DNA of 64,000 nucleotides. It comes from Eledone cirrhosa (taxonomy: Eukaryota). The first letter of the stretch is position 1. Each line of letters begins with the position of its first letter. Of this stretch, positions 48,001-63,000 are shown one piece after another. Location of the stretch: NCBI GenBank assembly GCA_964016885.1, contig OZ024744.1:25730001-25794000 (forward strand), read 5' to 3'. The notes under the pieces are model-generated. The model saw only the letters and a program-made list of their open reading frames with translations. It searched no databases and was not told the origin of the DNA. The translations under genes were made by a program, and so were the position numbers.

Positions 48001-51000
48001 CTCCACTATATCTCCCTACTAACTCTCTCTCCCCTATATCTCCCTACTAACATCTCTCCCCTATATCACCCTACCAACTCTCCCTCCTCTATATCTCCCT
48101 ACTAACATCTCTCCCCAATATCACCCTACCAACTCTCCCTCCTCTATTTCTCCCTACTAACTCTCTCCCCTATATCTCCCTACTAACTCTCTCTCCCCTA
48201 TATCTCGCTACTAACTCTCTCTCCACTATATCTCCCTAGTAACTCTCTCTCCCCTATTTCTCCCTACTAACTCTCTCTCCCCTATATCTCCTTACTAACT
48301 CTCTCTCCCCTATATCTCCCTACTAACGCTCTCTCCCCTATATCTCCCTACTAACACTCTCTCCCCTATATCTCCCTACTAACTCTCTATCCCCTATATC
48401 TCCCTACCAACTCTCTCTACCCTATATCTCCCTACTAAATCTCTCTCCTCTATATCTACCTACTAACTCTCTCTCCCCTATATCTCCCTACCTACTCTCT
48501 CTACCCTATATCTTCCTACTAACTCTCTCTCCCTATATCTCCCTACTAACTATCTCTCCCCCCCTATATCTCCCTACTAACTCTCTCTCCCATATATATC
48601 CCTAACTACTCTCTCTCCCCTATATCTTCCTACTAAATCTCTCTCTCCCCTATATCTCCCTACATATTCTCTCCCCTCCTATATCTCCCTACTAAATCTC
48701 TCTCCCCTATATCTCCCTACTAACACTCTCTCCCCTATATCTCCCTACTAACTGTCTCTCCCATATATCTCCCTACTAACTCCCTCTTTACCCTAAATAT
48801 CCCTACTAACTCTCTCCCCTATATCTCCCTACTAACTCTCTCTCCCCTATATCTCCCTACTAACTCTCTCTCCCATATATCTCCCTACTAACTCCCTCTA
48901 TACCCTATATATCCCTACTAACTCTCTCTCTCCCCTATATCTCCCTACTAACACTCTCCCCCGTATATCTCCCTACTAACTCTCTCCCCTATATCTCCCT
49001 ACTAACTCTTTCGCTCCTATATCTCCCTACTAACTCTCTCTCCACTATATCTCCCTAATAACTCTCTCTCCCCTATATCTCCCTACTAAATCTCTCTCTC
49101 CTATATCTCCATTCTAACTCTCTCCCACCCCTAAATCTCCCTACTAACTCTCTCTCTCCCCTATATCTCCCTACTAACTCTCTCCCACCTATACTTCCCT
49201 ACTAACTCTCTCTCTCCTATATCTCCCTACTAACTCTCTCTCCCCTATATCTCCCTACTAACACTCTCTCCCCTATATCTTCCTACTAAATCTCTCTCTC
49301 CCCTATATCTCCCTACCTATTCTCTCCCCCCCCTATATCTCCCTACTAACTCTCTCTCCCCTATATCTCCCTACTAACACTCTCTCCCCTATATCTCCTA
49401 CTAACACCCTCTCCCCTATATCTCCCTACTAACTCTCTCCCCTATATCTCCCTACTAACTCTCTCTCCCCTATATCTCGCTACTAACTCTCTCTCCACTA
49501 TATCTCCCTAGTAACTCTCTCTCCCCTATTTCTCCCTACTAACTCTCTCTCCCCTATATCTCCCTACTAACTCTCTCTCCCCTATATCTCCCTACTAACG
49601 TTCTCTCCCCTATATCTCCCTACTAACTCTCTCTCCCCTATATCTCCCTACTAACCCTCTATCCCCTATATCTCCCTACCAACTCTCTCTACCCTATATC
49701 TCCTTACTAAATCTCTCTCCTCTATATCTACCTACTAACTCTCTCTCCCCTATATCTCCCTACCTACTCTCTCTCCCCTATATCTTCCTACTAACACTCT
49801 CTCCCTATATCTCCCTACTAACTATCTCTCCCCCCCTATATCTCCCTACTAACTCTCTCTCCCATATATATCCCTAACTACTCTCTCTCCCCTATATCTT
49901 CCTACTAAATCTCTCTCTCCCCTATATCTCCCTACCAACTCTCTCTCCCCTATATCTCCTAACTAACTCCCTCTCTCCCCTATATCTCCCTACTAACTCT
50001 CTCTCTCCCCTATATCTCCCTACTAACAATCTCTCCCCTATATCTCCCTACTAAATCTCTCTCCCCTATATCTCCCTACTAACTCTCTCTCCATATATCT
50101 ACCTACTAACTCTCTCTCCCCTATATCTCCCTACTAACTCTCTCTCCCCTATATCTCCCTACTAACTCTCTCTCCCCTATACTTCCCTACTAACTCTCTC
50201 TCTCCTATATCTCCCTACTAACTCCCTCTCTCACATATATCTCCCTACTAACTCTCTCTCCATATATCTACCTACTAACTCTCTCTCCCCTATATCTCCC
50301 TACTAACTCTCTCTCCTCTATATCTCCCTACCTACTCTCTCTCTCCTATATCTCCCTACTAACTCTCTCTCCCCTATATCTCGCTAATAACGCTCTCTCC
50401 TCTATATCTCCCTACTAACTCTCTCTCCCCTATATCTCCCTACTAACACTCTCTCCCCTATATCTCCTACTAAATTTTCTCTCCCCTATATCTCCCTACT
50501 AACTCTCTCTCCGCTATATCTCCCTACTAACTCTCTCTCCACTATATCTCCCTACTAACTCTCTCTCTCCTATATTTCCCAACTAACTCTCTCTCTCCCC
50601 TATATCTCCCTACTAACCCTCTCTCTCCTCTATATCTCCCTAGTAACTCTCTCTCACCTATATCTCCCTAGTAACATTCTCTCTCCCCTATATCTCTTTA
50701 CTAACTCTCTCTCCACTAGATCTCCCTACTAACTCTCTCTCCCCTATATCTCCCTACTAACATCTCTCCCCTATATCACCCTACCAACTCTCCCTCCTCT
50801 ATATCTCCCTACTAACTCTCTCTCCCCTATATCTCCCTACTAACTCTCTCTCCCGTATATCTCCCTACTACGTCTCTCTCCCCTATATCTCCCAACTAAC
50901 TCTCTCTCTCCCCTATATCTCCCTACTAACCCTCTCTCTCCTCTATATCTCCCTAGTAACTCTCTCTCCCCTATATCTCCCTAGTAACATTCTCTCTCCC

Positions 51001-54000
51001 CTATATCTCCCTACTAACTCTCTCTCCCCTATATCTCCCTACTAACATCTCTCCTCTATATCACCCTACCAACTCTCCCTCCTCTATATCTCCCTACTAA
51101 CGTCTCTCCCCTATATCACCCTACCAACTCTCCCTCCTCTAAATCTCCCTACTAACTCTCTCCCCTATATCACCCTACTAACTCTCTCTCCCCTATATCT
51201 CGCTACTAACTCTCTCTCCACTATATCTTCCTAGTAACTCTCTCTCCCCTATTTCTCCCTACTAACTCTCTCTCCCCTATATCTCCTTACTAACTCTCTC
51301 TCCCCTATATCTCCCTACTAACGCTCTCTCCCCTATATCTCCCTACTAACTCTCTCTCCCCTATATCTCCCTACTAACTCTCTCTCCTCTATATCTCCCT
51401 ACCTACTCTCTCTCTCCTATATCTCCCTACTAACTCTCTCTCCCCTATATCTCGCTAATAACGCTCTCTCCTCTATATCTCCCTACTAACTCTCTCTCCC
51501 CTATATCTCCCTACTAACACTCTCTCCCCTATATCTCCTACTAAATTTTCTCTCCCCTATATCTCCCTACTAACTCTCTCTCCGCTATATCTCCCTACTA
51601 ACTCTCTCTCCACTATATCTCCCTACTAACTCTCTCTCTCCTATATTTCCCAACTAACTCTCTCTCTCCCCTATATCTCCCTACTAACCCTCTCTCTCCT
51701 CTATATCTCCCTAGTAACTCTCTCTCACCTATATCTCCCTAGTAACATTCTCTCTCCCCTATATCTCTTTACTAACTCTCTCTCCACTATATCTCCCTAC
51801 TAACTCTCTCTCCCCTATATCTCCCTACTAACATCTCTCCCCTATATCACCCTACCAACTCTCCCTCCTCTATATCTCCCTACTAACTCTCTCTCCCCTA
51901 TATCTCCCTACTAACTCTCTCTCCCGTATATCTCCCTACTACGTCTCTCTCCCCTATATCTCCCAACTAACTCTCTCTCTCCCCTATATCTCCCTACTAA
52001 CCCTCTCTCTCCTCTATATCTCCCTAGTAACTCTCTCTCCCCTATATCTCCCTAGTAACATTCTCTCTCCCCTATATCTCCCTACTAACTCTCTCTCCCC
52101 TATATCTCCCTACTAACATCTCTCCTCTATATCACCCTACCAACTCTCCCTCCTCTATATCTCCCTACTAACGTCTCTCCCCTATATCACCCTACCAACT
52201 CTCCCTCCTCTAAATCTCCCTACTAACTCTCTCCCCTATATCTCCCTACTAACTCTCTCTCCCCTATATCTCGCTACTAACTCTCTCTCCACTATATCTC
52301 CCTAGTAACTCTCTCTCCCCTATTTCTCCCTACTAACTCTCTCTCCCCTATATCTCCTTACTAACTCTCTCTCCCCTATATCTCCCTACTAACGCTCTCT
52401 CCCCTATATCTCCCTACTAACACTCTCTCCCCTATATCTCCCTACTAACTCTCTATCCCCTATATCTCCCTACCAACTCTCTCTACCCTATATCTCCCTA
52501 CTAAATCTCTCTCCTCTATATCTACCTACTAACTCTCTCTCCCCTATATCTCCCTACCTACTCTCTCTACCCTATATCTTCCTACTAACTCTCTCTCCCT
52601 ATATCTCCCTACTAACTATCTCTCCCCCCCTATATCTCCCTACTAACTCTCTCTCCCATATATATCCCTAACTACTCTCTCTCCCCTATATCTTCCTACT
52701 AAATCTCTCTCTCCCCTATATCTCCCTACATATTCTCTCCCCTCCTATATCTCCCTACTAAATCTCTCTCCCCTATATCTCCCTACTAACACTCTCTCCC
52801 CTATATCTCCCTACTAACTGTCTCTCCCATATATCTCCCTACTAACTCCCTCTTTACCCTAAATATCCCTACTAACTCTCTCCCCTATATCTCCCTACTA
52901 ACTCTCTCTCCCCTATATCTCCCTACTAACTCTCTCTCCCATATATCTCCCTACTAACTCCCTCTTTACCCTATATATCCCTACTAACTCTCTCTCTCCC
53001 CTATATCTCCCTACTAACACTCTCCCCCGTATATCTCCCTACTAACTCTCTCCCCTATATCTCCCTACTAACTCTTTCGCTCCTATATCTCCCTACTAAC
53101 TCTCTCTCCACTATATCTCCCTAATAACTCTCTCTCCCCTATATCTCCCTACTAAATCTCTCTCTCCTATATCTCCATTCTAACTCTCTCCCACCCCTAA
53201 ATCTCCCTACTAACTCTCTCTCTCCCCTATATCTCCCTACTAACTCTCTCCCACCTATACTTCCCTACTAACTCTCTCTCTCCTATATCTCCCTACTAAC
53301 TCTCTCTCCCCTATATCTCCCTACTAACACTCTCTCCCCTATATCTTCCTACTAAATCTCTCTCTCCCCTATATCTCCCTACCTATTCTCTCCCCCCCCT
53401 ATATCTCCCTACTAACTCTCTCTCCCCTATATCTCCCTACTAACACTCTCTCCCCTATATCTCCTACTAACACCCTCTCCCCTATATCTCCCTACTAACT
53501 CTCTCCCCTATATCTCCCTACTAACTCTCTCTCCCCTATATCTCGCTACTAACTCTCTCTCCACTATATCTCCCTAGTAACTCTCTCTCCCCTATTTCTC
53601 CCTACTAACTCTCTCTCCCCTATATCTCCCTACTAACTCTCTCTCCCCTATATCTCCCTACTAACGTTCTCTCCCCTATATCTCCCTACTAACTCTCTCT
53701 CCCCTATATCTCCCTACTAACCCTCTATCCCCTATATCTCCCTACCAACTCTCTCTACCCTATATCTCCTTACTAAATCTCTCTCCTCTATATCTACCTA
53801 CTAACTCTCTCTCCCCTATATCTCCCTACCTACTCTCTCTCCCCTATATCTTCCTACTAACACTCTCTCCCTATATCTCCCTACTAACTATCTCTCCCCC
53901 CCTATATCTCCCTACTAACTCTCTCTCCCATATATATCCCTAACTACTCTCTCTCCCCTATATCTTCCTACTAAATCTCTCTCTCCCCTATATCTCCCTA

Positions 54001-57000
54001 CCAACTCTCTCTCCCCTATATCTCCTAACTAACTCCCTCTCTCCCCTATATCTCCCTACTAACTCTCTCTCTCCCCTATATCTCCCTACTAACAATCTCT
54101 CCCCTATATCTCCCTACTAAATCTCTCTCCCCTATATCTCCCTACTAACTCTCTCTCCATATATCTACCTACTAACTCTCTCTCCCCTATATCTCCCTAC
54201 TAACTCTCTCTCCCCTATATCTCCCTACTAACTCTCTCTCCCCTATACTTCCCTACTAACTCTCTCTCTCCTATATCTCCCTACTAACTCCCTCTCTCAC
54301 ATATATCTCCCTACTAACTCTCTCTCCATATATCTACCTACTAACTCTCTCTCCCCTATATCTCCCTACTAACTCTCTCTCCTCTATATCTCCCTACCTA
54401 CTCTCTCTCTCCTATATCTCCCTACTAACTCTCTCTCCCCTATATCTCGCTAATAACGCTCTCTCCTCTATATCTCCCTACTAACTCTCTCTCCCCTATA
54501 TCTCCCTACTAACACTCTCTCCCCTATATCTCCTACTAAATTTTCTCTCCCCTATATCTCCCTACTAACTCTCTCTCCGCTATATCTCCCTACTAACTCT
54601 CTCTCCACTATATCTCCCTACTAACTCTCTCTCTCCTATATTTCCCAACTAACTCTCTCTCTCCCCTATATCTCCCTACTAACCCTCTCTCTCCTCTATA
54701 TCTCCCTAGTAACTCTCTCTCACCTATATCTCCCTAGTAACATTCTCTCTCCCCTATATCTCTTTACTAACTCTCTCTCCACTAGATCTCCCTACTAACT
54801 CTCTCTCCCCTATATCTCCCTACTAACATCTCTCCCCTATATCACCCTACCAACTCTCCCTCCTCTATATCTCCCTACTAACTCTCTCTCCCCTATATCT
54901 CCCTACTAACTCTCTCTCCCGTATATCTCCCTACTACGTCTCTCTCCCCTATATCTCCCAACTAACTCTCTCTCTCCCCTATATCTCCCTACTAACCCTC
55001 TCTCTCCTCTATATCTCCCTAGTAACTCTCTCTCCCCTATATCTCCCTAGTAACATTCTCTCTCCCCTATATCTCCCTACTAACTCTCTCTCCCCTATAT
55101 CTCCCTACTAACATCTCTCCTCTATATCACCCTACCAACTCTCCCTCCTCTATATCTCCCTACTAACGTCTCTCCCCTATATCACCCTACCAACTCTCCC
55201 TCCTCTAAATCTCCCTACTAACTCTCTCCCCTATATCACCCTACTAACTCTCTCTCCCCTATATCTCGCTACTAACTCTCTCTCCACTATATCTTCCTAG
55301 TAACTCTCTCTCCCCTATTTCTCCCTACTAACTCTCTCTCCCCTGTAACTCCTTACTAACTCTCTCTCCCCTATATCTCCCTACTAACGCTCTCTCCCCT
55401 ATATCTCCCTACTAACTCTCTCTCCCCTATATCTCCCTACTAACTCTCTCTCCTCTATATCTCCCTACCTACTCTCTCTCTCCTATATCTCCCTACTAAC
55501 TCTCTCTCCCCTATATCTCGCTAATAACGCTCTCTCCTCTATATCTCCCTACTAACTCTCTCTCCCCTATATCTCCCTACTAACACTCTCTCCCCTATAT
55601 CTCCTACTAAATTTTCTCTCCCCTATATCTCCCTACTAACTCTCTCTCCGCTATATCTCCCTACTAACTCTCTCTCCACTATATCTCCCTACTAACTCTC
55701 TCTCTCCTATATTTCCCAACTAACTCTCTCTCTCCCCTATATCTCCCTACTAACCCTCTCTCTCCTCTATATCTCCCTAGTAACTCTCTCTCACCTATAT
55801 CTCCCTAGTAACATTCTCTCTCCCCTATATCTCTTTACTAACTCTCTCTCCACTATATCTCCCTACTAACTCTCTCTCCCCTATATCTCCCTACTAACAT
55901 CTCTCCCCTATATCACCCTACCAACTCTCCCTCCTCTATATCTCCCTACTAACTCTCTCTCCCCTATATCTCCCTACTAACTCTCTCTCCCGTATATCTC
56001 CCTACTACGTCTCTCTCCCCTATATCTCCCAACTAACTCTCTCTCTCCCCTATATCTCCCTACTAACCCTCTCTCTCCTCTATATCTCCCTAGTAACTCT
56101 CTCTCCCCTATATCTCCCTAGTAACATTCTCTCTCCCCTATATCTCCCTACTAACTCTCTCTCCCCTATATCTCCCTACTAACATCTCTCCTCTATATCA
56201 CCCTACCAACTCTCCCTCCTCTATATCTCCCTACTAACGTCTCTCCCCTATATCACCCTACCAACTCTCCCTCCTCTAAATCTCCCTACTAACTCTCTCC
56301 CCTATATCTCCCTACTAACTCTCTCTCCCCTATATCTCGCTACTAACTCTCTCTCCACTATATCTCCCTAGTAACTCTCTCTCCCCTATTTCTCCCTACT
56401 AACTCTCTCTCCCCTATATCTCCTTACTAACTCTCTCTCCCCTATATCTCCCTACTAACGCTCTCTCCCCTATATCTCCCTACTAACTCTCTCTCCCCTA
56501 TATCTCCCTACTAACTCTCTATCCCCTATATCTCCCTACGAACTCTCTCTACCCTATATCTCCCTACTAAATCTCTCTCCTCTATATCTACCTACTAACT
56601 CTCTCTCCCCTATATCTCCCTACCTACTCTCTCTCCCCTATATCTTCCTACTAACTCTCTCTCCCTATATCTCCCTACTAACTATCTCTCCCCCCCTATA
56701 TCTCCCTACTAACTCTCTCTCCCATATATATCCCTAACTACTCTCTCTCCCCTATATCTTCCTACTAAATCTCTCTCTCCCCTATATCTCCCTACATATT
56801 CTCTCCCCTCCTATATCTCCCTACTAAATCTCTCTCCCCTATATCTCCCTACTAACACTCTCTCCCCTATATCTCCCTACTAACTCCCTCTCTCCTATAT
56901 CTCCCAACTAACTGTCTCTCTCCCCTATATCTCCCTACTAACTCTCTCTCCCCTATATCTCCCTACTAACACCTCTCCCTTATATCTCCCTGCTAACACT

Positions 57001-60000
57001 CTCTCTCCCCTATGTCTCCCTACTAACTCTCTCTCTCACCTATAGCTCCCTACTAACTCTCTCTCCCCTATATCTCCCTACCAACTCTCTCTCCCCTATA
57101 TCTCCTAACTAACTCCCTCTCTCCCCTATATCTCCCTACTAACTCTCTCTCTCCCCTATATCTCCCTACTAACAATCTCTCCCCTATATCTCCCTACTAA
57201 CTCTCTCTCCATATATCTACCTACTAACTCTCTCTCCCCTATATCTCCCTACTAACTCTCTCTCCCCTATATCTCCCTACTAACACTCTCTCCCCTATAC
57301 TTCCCTACTAACTCTCTCTCTCCTATATCTCCCTACTAACTCCCTCTCTCACATATATCTCCCTACTAACTCTCTCTCCATATATCTACCTACTAACTCT
57401 CTCTCCCCTATATCTCCCTACTAACTCTCTCTCCTCTATATCTCCCTACCTACTCTCTCTCTCCTATATCTCCCTACTAACTCTCTCTCGCCTATATCTC
57501 GCTAATAACGCTCTCTCCTCTATATCTCCCTACTAACTCTCTCTCCCCTATATCTCCCTACTAACACTCTCTCCCCTATATCTCCTACTAAATTTTCTCT
57601 CCCCTATATCTCCCTACTAACTCTCTCTCCGCTATATCTCCCAACTAACTCTCTCTCCACTATATCTCCCTACTAACTCTCTCTCTCCTATATCTTTCCA
57701 ACTAACTCTCTCTCTCCCTCCCATATATCTCCCTACTAATCCTCTCTCTCCTCTATATCTCCCTAGTAACTCTCTCTCCCCTATATCTCCCTAGTAACAT
57801 TCTCTCTCCCCTATATCTCTTTACTAACTCTCTCTCCACTATATCTCCCTACTAACTCTCTCTCCCCTATATCTCCCTACTAACATCTCTCCCCTATATC
57901 ACCCTACCAACTCTCCCTCCTCTATATCTCCCTACTAACTCTCTCTCCCCTATATCTCCCTACTAACTCTCTCTCCCCTATATCTCCCTACTACGTCTCT
58001 CTCCCCTATATCTCCCAACTAACTCTCTCTCTCCCCTATATCTCCCTACTAACCCTCTCTCTCCTCTATATCTCCCTAGTAACTCTCTCTCCCCTATATC
58101 TCCCTAGTAACATTCTCTCTCCCCTATATGTCTTTACTAAATCTCTCCACTATATGTCCCTACTAACTCTCTCTCCCCTATATCTCCCTACTAACATCTC
58201 TCCCCTATATCACCCTACCAACTCTCCCTCCTCTATATCTCCCTACTAACTCTTTCTCCCCTATATCTCCCTACTAACTCTCTCTCCCCTATATCTCCCT
58301 ACTAACTCTCTCTCTCCCCTATATCTCCCAACTAACTCTCTCTCTCCCCTATATCTCCCTACTATCTCTCTCTCCCCTATATCTCCCTACTAACTCTCTC
58401 TCCCATATATCTCCCTACTAACTCCCTCTCTTCCATATATATCCCTACTAACTCTCACTCTCCCCTATATCTCCCTACTAACACTCTCACCCGTATATCT
58501 CCCAACTAAGTCTCTCTCCCCTATATATCCCTACTAACTCTTTCGCTGCTATATCTCCATACTAAATCTCTCTCCTCTATATCTCCCTACTAATTGTCAC
58601 GCCCCTATATCTCGCTACTAACTCTCTCTCACCCCTAAATCTCCCTACTAACTCTCTCTCTCCCCTATATCTCCCTACTAACTCTCTCTCACCACTAAAT
58701 CTCCCTACTAACTATCTCTCTCCCCTATATCTCCCTACGAACTCTCTACCCTATATCTACCTACTAACTCTCTCTCCCCTATACTTCCCTACTAACTCTC
58801 TCTCTCCTATATCTCCCTACTAACTCCCTCTCTCACATATATCTCCCTACTAACTCTCTCTCCCCTATATCTCCCTACTAACACTCTCTCCCCTATATCT
58901 TCCTACTAAATTTCTCTCCCCTATATCTCCCTACTAACACTCCCTCCCCTATATCTCCCTACTAACTCTCTCTCCCCTATATCTTCCTACTAACTCTCTC
59001 TCCCCTATATCTTCCTACCTATTCTCTCCCCCCAATATCTACCTACTAACTCTCTCTCCCCTATATCTCCCTACTAACTATCTCTCCCCTAAATCTCCGT
59101 ACTAACTCTCTCTCCCCTATATCTCCCTACTAACTCTCTCTCCCCTATATCTCCCTACTAACACTCTCTCCCCTATATCTGCCTACTAACTCTCTCTCCC
59201 CTATATCTCCCTACTAACTCTCTCGCGCCTATACTTCCCTACTAACTCTCTCTCTCCTATATCTCCCTACTAACTCTCTCTCCCCTATATCTCCCTACTA
59301 ACATTCTCTCTCCTATATCTCCCTACTAACTCTCTCTCCCCTATATCTCCCTACTAACTCTCTCTTCCCTATATCTCCCTACTAACCTCTCTCTCCCCTA
59401 TATCTCCCTAGAAACTCTCTCTCCCCTATATCTCCCTAGTAACACTATCTCCCGTATATCTCCCTACTAAGTCTCTCTCCCCTATATCTCCCTACTAACT
59501 CTCTCTCCCCTATATCTCCCTACTAACTCTCTCTCCCCTATATCTCCCTACTAACTCTCTCTCCCATATATCTCCCTACTAACTCCCTCTTTACCCTAAA
59601 TATCCCTACTAACTCTCTCTCTCCCCTATATCTCCCTACTAACACTCTCCCCCGTATATCTCCCTACTAACTCTCTCCCCTATATCTCCCTACTAACTCT
59701 TTCGCTCCTATATCTCCCTACTAACTCTCTCTCCACTATATCTCCCTAATAACTCTCTCTCCCCTATATCTCCCTACTAAATCTCTCTCTCCTATATCTC
59801 CATTCTAACTCTCTCTCACCCCTAAATCTCCCTACTAACTCTCTCCCCTATATCTCCCTACTAACTCTCTCCCGCCTATACTTCCCTACTAACTCTCTCT
59901 CTCCTATATCTCCCTACTAACTCTCTCTCCCTTATATCTCCCTACTAACACTCTCTCCCCTATATCTTCCTACTAAATTTCTCTCCCCTATATCTCCCTA

Positions 60001-63000
60001 CTAACACTCACTGCCCTATATCTCCCTACTAACTCTCTCTCCCCTATATCTTCCTACTAACTCTCTCTCCCCTATATCTTCCTACCTATTCTCTCCCCCC
60101 AATATCTACCTACTAACACTCTCTCCCCTATATCTCCCTACTAACTATCTCTCCCCTAAATCTCCGTACAAACTCTCTCTCCCCTATATCTCCCTACTAA
60201 CTCTCTCTCCCCTATATCTCCCTACTAACACTCTCTCCCCTATATCTCCCTGCTAACACTCTCTCTCCCCTATATCTCCCTACTAACTCTCTCTCTCACC
60301 TATATCTCCCTACTAACTCTCTCTCCGCTACATCTCCCTACTAACTCCCTCTCTCCCCTATATCTCCCTACTAACTCTCTCTCCTATATATCTACCTACT
60401 AACTCTCTCTCCCCTATATCTCCCTACTAACACTCTCTCCCCTATATCTCCTACTAAATTTTCTCTCCCCTATATCTCCCTACAAACTCTCTCTCCGCTA
60501 TATCTCCCTACTAACTCTCTCTCCAATATATCTCCCAACTAACTCTCTCTCTCCCCTATATCTCCCTACTAACCCTCTCTCTCCTCTATATCTCCCTAGT
60601 AACTCTCTCTCCCCTATATCTCCCTAGTAACATTCTCTCTCCCCTATATCTCTTTACTAACTCTCTCTCCACTATATCTCCCTACTAACTCTCTCTCCCC
60701 TATATCTCCCTACTAACATCTCTCCCCTATATCACCCTACCAACTCTCCCTCCTCTATATCTCCCTACTAACTCTCTATCCCCTATATCTCACTACTAAC
60801 TCTCTCTCCCGTATATCTCCAGACTAAGTCTCTCTCCCCTATATCTCCCTACTAATTCTCTCTCCCCTATATCTCCCTACTAACTCTCTCGCTCCTATAT
60901 CTCCCTGCTAACTCTCTCTCTCCCCTATATCTCCCAACTAACTCTCTCTCTCCCCTATATCTCTTTACTAACTCTCTCTCCACTATATCTCCCTACTAAC
61001 TCTCTCTCCACTATATCTCCGTACTAACTCTCTCTCCTCCTATATCTCCCTGCTAACTCTCTCTCTCCCCTATATCTCCCAACTAACTCTCTCTCTCCCC
61101 TATATCTCCCTACTATCTCTCTCTCCCCTATATCTCCCTACTAACTCTCTCTCCCATATATCTCCCTACTAACTCCCTCTCTTCCATATATATCCCTACT
61201 AACTCTCACTCTCCCCTATATCTCCCTACTAACACTCTCACCCGTATATCTCCCAACTAAGTCTCTCTCCCCTATATCTCCCTACTAACTCTTTCGCTGC
61301 TATATCTCCCTACTAACTCTCTCTCCCCTATATCTCCCTACTAAAAGTCTCGCCCCTATATCTCGCTACTAACTCTCTCTCACCCCTAAATCTCCCTACT
61401 AACTCTCTCTCTCCCCTATATCTCCCTACTAACTCTCTCTCACCCCTAAATTTCCCTACTATCTATCTCTCTCCCCTATATCTCCCTACTAACACTCTAC
61501 CCTATATCTACCGACTAACTCTCTCTCCCCTATACTTCCCTACTAACTCTCTCTCTCCTATATCTCCCTACTAACTCCCTCTCTCACATATATCTCCCTA
61601 CTAACTCTCTCTCCCCTATATCTCCCTACTAACACTCTCTCCCCTATATCTCCCTACTAACTCTCTCTCCCCTATATCTTCCTACTAACTCTCTCTCCCC
61701 TATATCTTCCTACCTATTCTCTCCCCCCAATATCTACCTACTAACTCTCTCTCCCCTATATCTCCCTACTAACTATCTCTCCCCTAAATCTCCGTACTAA
61801 CTCTCTCTCCCCTATATCTCCCTACTAACTCTCTCTCCCCTATATCTCCCTGCTAACACTCTCTCTCCCCTATATCTCCCTACTAACTCTCTCTCTCACC
61901 TATATCTCGCTACTAACTCTCTCTCCGCTACATCTCCCTACTAACTCCCTCTCTCCCCTATATCTCCCTACTAACTCTCTCTCCTATATATCTACCTACT
62001 AACTCTCTCTCCCCTATATCTCCATACTAACACTCTCTCCCCTATATCTCCCTCCTAACTCTCTCTCTCCTTTATATGTCCCTACTAACTCTCTCTCTCA
62101 CCTATATCTCCCTACTAACATTCTCTCCCCTATATCTCCCTACTAACTCTCTCTCCCCTATATCTCCCTACTAACTCTCTCTCCACTATATCTCCCTACT
62201 AACCTCTCTCTCCCCTATATCTCCCTAGTAACTCTCTCTCCCCTATATCTCCCTAGTAACACTATCTCCCGTATATCTCCCTACTAAGTCTCTCTCCCCT
62301 ATATCTCCCTACCAACTCTCTCTCCCCTATATCTCCCTACTAACTCTCTCTCCCCCCTATATCAACCAACTAACTCTCTCTCTCCCCTATATCTCCCTAC
62401 TAACTCTCTCTCCCCTATATCTCCCTACTAACTCTCTCTCCCATATATCTCCCTACTAACTCCCTCTTTACTCTATATATCCCTACTAACTCTCTCTCAG
62501 CCCTATATCTCCCTACTAACACTCTCCCCCGTATATCTCCCTACTAACTCTCTCCCCTATATCTCCCTACTAACTCTTTCGCTCCTATATCTCCCTACTA
62601 ACTCTCTCTCCACTATATCTCCCTAATAACTCTCTCTCCCCTATATCTCCCTACTAAATCTCTCTCTCCTATATCTCCATTCTAACTCTCTCTCACCCCT
62701 GAAGCTCCCTACTAACTCTCTCTCTCCCCTATACCTCCCTACTAACTCTTTCCCGCCTATACTTCCCTACTAACTCTCTCTCTCCTATATCTCCCTACTA
62801 ACTCTCTCTCCCCTATAACTCCCTACTAACACTCTCTCCCCTATATCTTCCTACTAAATCTCTCTCTCCCCTATATCTCCCTACTAACACTCTCTCTCCT
62901 ATATCTCCCTACTAACTCTCTCTTCCCTATATCTGCCTACTAACACTCTCTCCCCTATATCTCCTACTAACACCCTCTCCCCTATATCTCCCTACTAACT